Below are positions 25,030 to 32,000 of a stretch of DNA of 32,000 nt, one piece after another; within the stretch, counting starts at the first letter, position 1, and the number at the start of each line of letters is the position of its first letter. The stretch is from assembly GCA_963666805.2 (NCBI GenBank), contig CAXXWR010000003.1:555489-587488 (forward strand), given 5' to 3'. Position numbers and translations under genes: made by a program. This stretch comes from an uncultured Fusibacter sp. GTDB lineage: Bacteria > Bacillota > Clostridia > Peptostreptococcales > Acidaminobacteraceae. The notes beneath the pieces were generated by a model. The model saw nothing but the letters and a program-made list of their open reading frames with translations. It was not told the origin of the DNA and ran no database searches.

Positions 25030-25203
25030 TGTTTGATTAACCTTTATAGTCATTGTTTTTACAAAAGTCTTTTTACTCTATGATAGGTTATTGTACCTTA
25101 TTATAGCATAGGTTAAGTGGATAAAAAAGACCCCTGAAAAGTCCCTCTTATTAGAGTGTCTTTCTAAGGCTATTCACTTATAATATATACTATTTAATCC
25201 CTG

Positions 25204-25830
25204 CTATAAGCTTATACTTTCCACATAAGGTTTAAGTCGTTTTAAATGTGCACGCCCTGTAATGATGGCTATCTTATGATGGGGATAAGCATTAATAATC
25301 GCCGATAGATTTTGACACATCTTATCTTCCCGTTCATGTTGATAATCATTTATGTCATTATAACCTTTTGATGCTAAATGACTCTCTATCTTTTGATCAA
25401 TCATCACTTCTTTATCACACAAGGGGTCTTTTTGGCACTCATCAAAATGACAAGACGTCAGAAAATCTTCCATTAAGGCTTTCCTTTCCATGATGTACTT
25501 CTTTAAGTTCTCATCATCTTCCATCAGTTCCCACACTTTAGGTAAACCGTTATCACGTGACATCTTCTTGCCTTCTAAAACCTGTCCTCTCCAGTCAAAA
25601 CCTATAACTTTAGCTGACCCAAAATTTCCAGCTGCTGCCATCACCATTTCCGGCGGATAGACCGTCTCTAAAAAGGATAGGGGTTCTTGCAAATCTTCTT
25701 GTCTCATTTCTATGACAAGGATATCCGGGTCAATACCTTTTAAGACTTCCTTTAAATCATCGTAGGTATAGTTGGGATTGACTTCGTGGGTAGTGTGGAG
25801 AGTGCCGATTAGGTTGATGTTTTTATTCAT
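25204..25830 (-). CDS. Hypothetical protein, possibly TraB/GumN/Tiki/ChaN-superfamily-like
   Basis: The N-terminal LIGTLHTTH, then ILVIEMRQED, and the C-terminal IAIITGRAHL resemble the GTxH ... E ... GxxH arrangement of that superfamily. ATG 25830 is preferred. The ORF track starts at GTG 25866. The functional call is weak. Confidence 0.4.
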   Translation of the reverse strand: MNKNINLIGTLHTTHEVNPNYTYDDLKEVLKGIDPDILVIEMRQEDLQEPLSFLETVYPPEMVMAAAGNFGSAKVIGFDWRGQVLEGKKMSRDNGLPKVWELMEDDENLKKYIMERKALMEDFLTSCHFDECQKDPLCDKEVMIDQKIESHLASKGYNDINDYQHEREDKMCQNLSAIINAYPHHKIAIITGRAHLKRLKPYVESISL

Positions 25831-26004
25831 TGGATTTTCTCTTTCTGTTATCTCTCTTTTTGTCACTTAAAACAAAGCAACATACGACTTTTTATTGATA
25901 CCCTTTCAATATTATTCTATTCTTCTTGTATTTAATAAGTTTTGTAATGGTTAATGGAAACTAAAATGTCAACGGTACTAACTGAAAGCGAATTCAAATT
26001 ACTC

Positions 26005-27552
26005 ATTTCAATACATCTAATGTTAAGGTTCAACTAATTTAGGAACTATCAATGGCTTAGTATTTATTGAATTTCAATACATCTAATGTTAAGGTTCAAC
26101 TTCAGCGTGTCATTTTCATCCCAAAAGAATTTCTTTATTTCAATACATCAAGTGTTAAGGTTCAACCAAAAAGAAATACCGTCTTAGAAGTAAGATTAAT
26201 GGATTTCAATACATCAAATGTTAAGGTTCAACTATTTTTTTTATGTAGTAAGCGGATTCCTTTGCTTTATTTCAATACATCAAATGTTAAGGTTCAACGG
26301 ATTAAACCCAATGGTGGACAGAAAGACCATCGAAATTTCAATACATCAAATGTTAAGGTTCAACTCTGCTTTAGAGCTTTAATATACTCTAACTCTGTTA
26401 ATTTCAATACATCTAATGTTAAGGTTCAACAGAGCTGACTGAATACTTTAAATCGTTGCCAGAGTTATTTCAATACATCTAATGTTAAGGTTCAACGTTG
26501 CTATTTTCAACTGGTTTTGATGTCACTTCATTATTTCAATACATCTAATGTTAAGGTTCAACTAATTTGATAGCACAGCAAAAGGGTGTCAATGCGACAT
26601 TTCAATACATCTAATGTTAAGGTTCAACAATGTTCACGACACAGGGCAATGTAGCCTTAATGAAATTTCAATACATCTAATGTTAAGGTTCAACCTGCAC
26701 ATGCAGAAAAAGAACTAAATCAAAAAGATCAATTTCAATACATCTAATGTTAAGGTTCAACTTGGTTCCCAATTGTGGCAGCACACAGAAAAGCAGAATT
26801 TCAATACATCTAATGTTAAGGTTCAACATGTATATTGACGTGCAAATTCCCACCAACTATTGCATTTCAATACATCTAATGTTAAGGTTCAACTGGTGGA
26901 GTAAGCGAAGATATTGCACAAGCTATTTTATTTCAATACATCTAATGTTAAGGTTCAACTTGATTATAAATCTGTTTACCTTCGCTAACTGATATATTTC
27001 AATACATCTAATGTTAAGGTTCAACTTTTCTGATTCAACATTTTCTTGACAAGAAAAACGAATTTCAATACATCTAATGTTAAGGTTCAACTAATTAGAC
27101 CACACAATATTGGGAAGAACATTATACATTTCAATACATCTAATGTTAAGGTTCAACACAGATTTAATAGAATCATCGAGTTTACGAATAATTATTTCAA
27201 TACATCTAATGTTAAGGTTCAACAAAGTGGGTTGCCAGTGATCACACCAACTACATCAGATTTCAATACATCTAATGTTAAGGTTCAACCACGAAGGAGG
27301 ACAAGAAAACATGGACTTAAAACAATTTCAATACATCTAATGTTAAGGTTCAACTTATTGTCAGCAGGGAAAAACGTCATTTTGTAATATATTTCAATAC
27401 ATCTAATGTTAAGGTTCAACTTATCTAGCATATTTGAATTGGATTATACCAATTTCATTTCAATACATCTAATGTTAAGGTTCAACTTTTGAAAAAGCAA
27501 TTAAACAGCAAGTGAGTATTGAATTTCAATACATCTAATGTTAAGGTTCAAC
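26005..27552 (-). CRISPR. CRISPR array with 24 repeats of 30 nt and 23 spacers (21 of 36 nt, one of 37, one of 35)
   Basis: The plus-strand repeat is ATTTCAATACATCTAATGTTAAGGTTCAAC. Repeat starts are 26005, 26071, 26137, 26203, 26269, 26335, 26401, 26467, 26533, 26599, 26665, 26732, 26798, 26864, 26930, 26996, 27062, 27128, 27194, 27260, 27325, 27391, 27457 and 27523. The minus-strand form GTTGAACCTTAACATTAGATGTATTGAAAT ends in ATTGAAAT, the usual type I-B 5'-handle end. The leader lies next to cas2, so transcription is inferred on the minus strand. Confidence 0.97.
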
Positions 27553-27657
27553 TACCGAAAAATAGCCATTTTTAACAGCATACAACTTCTACATACTCTC
27601 TTATTACTATATCACAGTTTTTTTAGAAAATGATTGTTATGTTTTTGTCAATTAATT
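27553..27657 (-). promoter_or_regulatory. CRISPR leader (AT-rich) with a candidate extended -10 promoter
   Basis: This 105-nt AT-rich stretch lies between the cas2 stop and the first repeat. On the minus strand there is TGaTATAGT (27614..27606), and a TTGACA lies further upstream. Confidence 0.55.
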
Positions 27658-27948
27658 TCATATAAAAAATTCTTCTTCGCCTTTTAATTCTTTAGTTCCT
27701 AGTATCTCTTCTTCAAAATAATGTTGACTCAAAAGTTTTATAATCACAACATCATCTTTCTTTTTATTGATGACTTTTAACAATTCAGCTTTTAAAGAAA
27801 TGATTTGTGAAGGTGTAATTCGCCCCCTAAATACAGAGAGTTGATAATGCGTAAGGTACTTTTTACAAACTTTAAAAACTTTTTGACATCGCTTTTCTTC
27901 AACATCATAAAATACAAAAACATAGTTGTAATTATATTTTTTAGGCAT
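27658..27948 (-). CDS. cas2: CRISPR-associated endoribonuclease Cas2
   Basis: 96 aa. YVFVFYDV....KR...V.K.C..Y is the typical Cas2 N-terminal ferredoxin-fold start. 1-nt overlap with the cas1 stop (TAATG). Adjacent to the array. Confidence 0.9.
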   Translation of the reverse strand: MPKKYNYNYVFVFYDVEEKRCQKVFKVCKKYLTHYQLSVFRGRITPSQIISLKAELLKVINKKKDDVVIIKLLSQHYFEEEILGTKELKGEEEFFI

Positions 27949-28937
27949 TACATTTTCTCCTTTTCACTAAAAGGCATAAACGGCTTATCTTCAATAAAAT
28001 GCTTAATCAGCTTATAACCCTCAAATTTAATCGCAGTTTCATAACTAACAGGTCTATTTAAAGATTGATGCTTGAAAGTGGAACTGAGTTTCTTTTCAAG
28101 TTCAACAATAAATTTTTTACGCCCTTCTTCATTCAGATAGCAATAATTAAGATTTTTATCAAAATGTTCAATCACCGTAATCATTCGTTTATTGATCATT
28201 GTCACTATGACTGGGAATACAATAATCAATTTAAAAACTTCAGCAACATCTAAAGAAAGTGAAAATCGGCCTTCACTGGGTTCATGTAAAAAGCTAATAC
28301 CTTGATCCACATGAGTGTGGTACAATTGCGAAATTACTTTTGAATATAACCATGAATTTCCAAAAGAAATCATCGCATTTAGTGGATTATCCGGTGGTCG
28401 TTTAACACGTTTATTAGATATGAAAGATTCATCAATAATTTGATTAAGCGTTTTATAAAAATACTGCCACAATTCGCCTTCAGCTGCTAAAAGTCTTTTG
28501 ATATCTTCTTGCTCTACATCTACTGACCGAATCAAATGACATGCTTCATTGATTATATCTGAATCTTTATATTTTTTGCTCTTCAAGTAATAAATCATAT
28601 TTTCTTGAATCGCTGATACAAATGGAACAGCAAGTGACATTCTCTCTTGACTGTAGGCTAGTGCTTGTTTAACTGTAACTTTTCCACTCAAATATTTATC
28701 CTTTGGATAATAAGACCCACTATAGTAACCATAATAGTTAAAGAAATGAACACATATCCCTTGATGTGATAAAAAATCAAGTAACTTAGTATTTATAGTC
28801 ACTTCATTCATCATATAAAGTTCTTTAATCCCTTCTATCGGCATATGAACTAACCCTTTTTCAGACCTAAATGTCAAAGAATTATCTTTACGATGTAATT
28901 CACCCATTGAAAAAATATAGCGTGTTGCACCTTTCAT
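27948..28937 (-). CDS. cas1: CRISPR-associated endonuclease Cas1
   Basis: 329 aa of Cas1-type sequence (EGELWQYFY, RPPDNPLNAMISFGNSWLY, HEPSEGRFSLSLDVAEVFK). Position is between cas4 and cas2. Confidence 0.9.
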   Translation of the reverse strand: MKGATRYIFSMGELHRKDNSLTFRSEKGLVHMPIEGIKELYMMNEVTINTKLLDFLSHQGICVHFFNYYGYYSGSYYPKDKYLSGKVTVKQALAYSQERMSLAVPFVSAIQENMIYYLKSKKYKDSDIINEACHLIRSVDVEQEDIKRLLAAEGELWQYFYKTLNQIIDESFISNKRVKRPPDNPLNAMISFGNSWLYSKVISQLYHTHVDQGISFLHEPSEGRFSLSLDVAEVFKLIIVFPVIVTMINKRMITVIEHFDKNLNYCYLNEEGRKKFIVELEKKLSSTFKHQSLNRPVSYETAIKFEGYKLIKHFIEDKPFMPFSEKEKM

Positions 28938-28946
28938 TAAACCCTC

Positions 28947-29438
28947 CTAAATATAACAATAATCAAAATAAGCACATTTCTTACACCTGTTTGTTTTGAT
29001 AGGTTCTGGCGGAACATTTTGTTCAAGCAATATCTGAATACTTTCTACTACCTTTTCAAGTTCAACTTCTATTTCATTTGTTAGTTCAAGTTCTAATCGT
29101 TTCTCTGTTTTTGTTTTATTTTCAAAAAAGATGAGTTTCCCTTTTTTTTCAATACCTTTTGCTTTCAAAACAGATAGGTACAAATAGACTTGCCATTTAC
29201 AGGCTTTGAGATCACTATTTGATTTCTTATATTCAATTAAATAGTCGCCTTGAATTTTATCTATTTTTATTTGTTCAATTGCTACCTCAGAATATTGAGT
29301 CTTTCTCTTAGTTTCATGAAGTGCTTTTCCAATTTTCACGTTTTCACTATTATCCTCTAAATTGATGCGATTCCCAGCCAAATAGCATTGCCTTTTACAA
29401 TGAAAATAATAATTAATCAGTGTGCCGGTCACTTTCAA
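28947..29438 (-). CDS. cas4: CRISPR-associated exonuclease Cas4 (RecB-like, Fe-S)
   Basis: 163 aa with an N-terminal Cys (YFHCKRQCYL), the nuclease core D-x-E-x-K region (GDYLIEYKK), and the C-terminal CKKCAYFDYC cluster. The TTG start at 29438 has GAGGAG 8 nt upstream and overlaps the cas3 stop. Confidence 0.9.
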   Translation of the reverse strand: MKVTGTLINYYFHCKRQCYLAGNRINLEDNSENVKIGKALHETKRKTQYSEVAIEQIKIDKIQGDYLIEYKKSNSDLKACKWQVYLYLSVLKAKGIEKKGKLIFFENKTKTEKRLELELTNEIEVELEKVVESIQILLEQNVPPEPIKTNRCKKCAYFDYCYI

Positions 29439-31915
29439 ATCATCAACTCCTCAACATTTAAAACGCCCATTCCATTCGTTTCATTATAGGCCTTTCGATC
29501 AAATTTACCATCAACTATATAAGCATCTGACTCCAATAGATAGACTCTCTCACCAATTGATTCGCGATACATTAAAGGAAGATAACGCACATTATAAGTA
29601 AAATATGAAAATGTCTTATTGATTTGAGATAACTTAATTTGTTTTTCAGGATAAGATAATTCTGTGTTATTCAATAATTCATTATATTGATTCCAAACTT
29701 CTTTTCCATCAATACTTACCTTCTCAACATTTATAACTGTTGGAATAAAAATTGTAATATCGTCATTATCAATTAATCTTAAATATTTTCTTGTCTCATC
29801 AAACTTCAAATCCTTTACCAATTTATAGAACTGTTCAATATTATGTTTATTAAAACGACTTTTTTCATTATTTAAAACCTTTAAAATTTGCTCAAAATAG
29901 GCTTTGAAATTTTTATCCTTATAGACATCTCTTATAAAGGGATTTCTAAGTGAAAATTGAGTTCTCACATCATCTTTATAAATAACCTTTTCATTAAATA
30001 GATTAAAAAAATAGATGCGCGCATTTTCACGTTTACATGATCGATTGATCCGTCCCGCAAACTGTTCTTCATTGTCTAAAATAGAAATGTCTTTATAGCC
30101 TTTGTTCATATCTATATCAACGCCTGCTTCTATAACCTGCGTTGCAACTACTATAACGTCTTGTAATAAATAACGCCCCTTTTCATCAACTTGTTTTAAA
30201 CGCTGTATGACGTCTTCTCTAAAATAGCTTGGATCATCTCCCGTTAACTCTAAAACTTGATAATTTGAATGGGTTAGTTTTGATTTTAATTGCAGATAAA
30301 ATGCTCTCGCATTGACTTTATCAATAAATTCAATCAAAATACGTGGTTCTTGATTTTCAACATCCTTCACTAAAATTTCTACAAGGTCATCTAATTCAAT
30401 CTTATTTTCAAGCAAAGTAAAATCTGGCACTGTCCTATCTTTAAAAATAGGATGATTGTAATAGTCTTGAGGACTCTTGATTAACATCGTTGCTCTTTCA
30501 TCAATAAGTTCACTCATTTTAGGCAAAGTCGCAGACATAATAATAAATTTTATATTATAGTGTTTTGCGTAAAGGTGTATTATTTCAATGAGCTCTTTCC
30601 AAATCATGTTTTTATAGCTTTGTATTTCATCAATAATCACGATACTGTTTGCCATATGTGAAAGCATCAAATGTGATTCTCTTGACGTCCCTATTAAAGC
30701 ATCAAAGAAACGGACATGACTCATCAACAAAATGGGAAAATGTATCATAATATGGTCAAGATACATCTTTTGATAATCTTCATCTTTTATCGTTTTGATA
30801 GGCTCAATGCTATTAATGAGACCTATATCCTTACTATCAAACAATTCATTTAGAACATTGGCTGTTTGTTCTATTAATGTATTGAATGGAAAGACATAAA
30901 AAATCCGCTTAATATTAGTTGCTTTTTCTATTGCTTTAACTGCAAGATTAATGGATGTTCTAGTTTTTCCAGAACCTGTAGGAGCTTCTAGGTAAAAAAC
31001 AGAATCATTTATATTCTCAATAAAATGCTTAGATGCTTCTTGTGACATTTTTGTTCTTAAATCGTTTATTTCTAAATTATTGTGTAATTTTATCTCTTTC
31101 AAACTATTTTTGACAATTTCATCATCATAGTATTTTTTGGTGAAGCTTGATATATCTTCAATTTCTCCAAAATAACTTGTTCCTTTTCCACTCATATAGT
31201 GTCCTGTTGCATAAAAATCACAAGTGACAATGTGACTAAAAAGGGTCTTGAGGAGTAGCCAAAAAATCAGCGGCTGATTATTATCTTGATGAGCAATACT
31301 TTCTTTTCCTTTAATCATTGTCCTTTTTAGTTTATTCAACATCACTTCAGACTGATTCTTAAGCAATTCAATCAAGCTATATTCTTCTAAAAATACAGAA
31401 TCATCTACAATATCATAGATTCCCGTCTCAAGTGACGTTAAGAAATCACCTATATCTTTTAAATAGCCATGATGTTTAGAAATCATATAGGCATACCCTA
31501 TACATATCTTTCTAAGCTCTGTTTTGAGTTTTCTATCTAGCCGACACTCTTCTTCAAAAATATGTAGATATATAATGGCTGAATAAATACTATGTTGTGT
31601 TCGTTCAGTACACTTGTTGCCGAATAAAGTGTTTTTCATTTTGCTAATCTGAAAATTTCGGTTAACTTTCCCTATATCATGAAGATATATGGCTTTTTCG
31701 TACCATAGAATGCCTTCTTGTATGAGTATCGGATTTCCTCTAAAATAATCTCTTAAAAGGTTATCAACACAGTTATTATTTTTTGTCAATTTCAAGTAGT
31801 AATCATAAACAAGATCAGAATGTTCTCTAAGCGTTTCCTTCTCTAACTTTCCATTACCTTTTAAATGGGCATAGTATGTATAATTGTTTTTAAGATAATT
31901 ATTTATAGACTTCAT
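29435..31915 (-). CDS. cas3: Cas3 HD-nuclease/helicase fusion
   Basis: 826 aa. The N-terminal HD domain has LREHS, YLHDIGK and SKHHGY. The SF2 helicase motifs are APTGSGKT, IIDEIQ, SATLP, ATQVIEAGVDID and QFAGRINR. Confidence 0.9.
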   Translation of the reverse strand: MKSINNYLKNNYTYYAHLKGNGKLEKETLREHSDLVYDYYLKLTKNNNCVDNLLRDYFRGNPILIQEGILWYEKAIYLHDIGKVNRNFQISKMKNTLFGNKCTERTQHSIYSAIIYLHIFEEECRLDRKLKTELRKICIGYAYMISKHHGYLKDIGDFLTSLETGIYDIVDDSVFLEEYSLIELLKNQSEVMLNKLKRTMIKGKESIAHQDNNQPLIFWLLLKTLFSHIVTCDFYATGHYMSGKGTSYFGEIEDISSFTKKYYDDEIVKNSLKEIKLHNNLEINDLRTKMSQEASKHFIENINDSVFYLEAPTGSGKTRTSINLAVKAIEKATNIKRIFYVFPFNTLIEQTANVLNELFDSKDIGLINSIEPIKTIKDEDYQKMYLDHIMIHFPILLMSHVRFFDALIGTSRESHLMLSHMANSIVIIDEIQSYKNMIWKELIEIIHLYAKHYNIKFIIMSATLPKMSELIDERATMLIKSPQDYYNHPIFKDRTVPDFTLLENKIELDDLVEILVKDVENQEPRILIEFIDKVNARAFYLQLKSKLTHSNYQVLELTGDDPSYFREDVIQRLKQVDEKGRYLLQDVIVVATQVIEAGVDIDMNKGYKDISILDNEEQFAGRINRSCKRENARIYFFNLFNEKVIYKDDVRTQFSLRNPFIRDVYKDKNFKAYFEQILKVLNNEKSRFNKHNIEQFYKLVKDLKFDETRKYLRLIDNDDITIFIPTVINVEKVSIDGKEVWNQYNELLNNTELSYPEKQIKLSQINKTFSYFTYNVRYLPLMYRESIGERVYLLESDAYIVDGKFDRKAYNETNGMGVLNVEELMI

Positions 31916-31940
31916 AGATTCTCCATTGTTTTTTTAAAAT

Positions 31941-32000
31941 TTAAGATGACTCGCCTACTACCATTAAGTAGACGATATCATCTTTTAAGACATAAGTGAG
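31941..32000 (-). CDS. 3' end of the gene upstream of cas3 (cas5 would be expected from type I-B gene order)
   Basis: My translation of the minus strand gives ..LTYVLKDDIVYLMVVGESS, with stop TAA at 31943..31941, 25 nt before the cas3 start. Identity is inferred only from the canonical cas6-cas8b-cas7-cas5-cas3-cas4-cas1-cas2 order. Confidence 0.3.
   Translation of the reverse strand, partial: LTYVLKDDIVYLMVVGESS

Noticed and set aside
25932-25961. Possible degenerate terminal CRISPR repeat beyond repeat 1 (TAATGGTTAATGGAAAC versus TAATGTTAAGGTTCAAC)
   Set aside because: Only the 3' half aligns, and it needs two indels. The 5' half shows no similarity, and the spacing to repeat 1 would be 43 nt rather than 36. 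This is too weak to call.
26067-27387. ORF-track ORFs 26067..26438, 26747..26992 and 27046..27387 inside the CRISPR array
   Set aside because: Their translations are just the repeat read in frame over and over (FNTSNVKVQ or ISIHLMLRFN), separated by spacer-derived residues. They are artefacts of a stop-free repeat.
21562-28253. ORFs 21562..21801, 23475..23729, 24821..25006 and 28065..28253
   Set aside because: They are antisense to the PucR-like gene, the 162-aa gene, yitT and cas1 respectively. They are AT-rich shadow ORFs with no start context.
1-32000. Mobile elements, prophage remnants, tRNA/rRNA genes, toxin-antitoxin pairs and other defence systems
   Set aside because: I saw no transposase, integrase or recombinase motifs, no terminal inverted repeats and no tRNA-like cloverleaf candidates by eye. 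I also saw no small gene pair typical of toxin-antitoxin modules, and no defence genes other than the cas genes. A tRNAscan, ISfinder or DefenseFinder run would be needed for certainty.

Overview
AT-rich, densely coding chromosomal window with strong GGAGG-type ribosome-binding sites, typical of a low-GC Gram-positive (Bacillota). Contents from left to right:
(i) A minus-strand operon (3225 down to 1) encodes a 55-aa membrane peptide and at least three NuoL/M/N-MrpD-family antiporter-like subunits.
(ii) The plus strand carries ccdA, a TlpA/ResA-like thioredoxin lipoprotein and an M42 aminopeptidase.
(iii) An eight-gene Mrp/Mbh-type cation:proton antiporter module lies at 6227..10454, in the order E-F-G-MbhD-like-MbhE-like-B-C-D.
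(iv) The minus strand carries DegV/FakB, a FabT-like MarR regulator with two matching palindromic operators, and an NhaC-family transporter.
(v) A histidine operon, hisZ-G-C-B-H-A-(hisF-hisI-hisE single ORF), is preceded by a His-codon leader peptide with terminator and antiterminator. There is no hisD in the operon.
(vi) The minus strand carries an EamA transporter, a PucR-like regulator, an orphan MsmK/UgpC-type ABC ATPase, a small membrane protein, a YitT-family protein and a TraB/Tiki-like orphan.
(vii) A type I-B-like CRISPR-Cas locus on the minus strand runs (end of an upstream cas gene)-cas3-cas4-cas1-cas2-leader-array, with 24 repeats and 23 spacers.
I recognised no rRNA, tRNA, transposase or integrase. 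I did not find a convincing, wholly new multi-gene system. The most unusual items are:
- the leader-peptide his attenuator;
- the HisF-HisI-HisE fusion with a 9-nt tandem-repeat linker;
- the fabT-fakB mini-regulon;
- the MrpA-less Mbh-type antiporter module with extra paralogues nearby;
- an internal block of variant CRISPR repeats.
All functional calls come from reading motifs in the translations. No database search was run.
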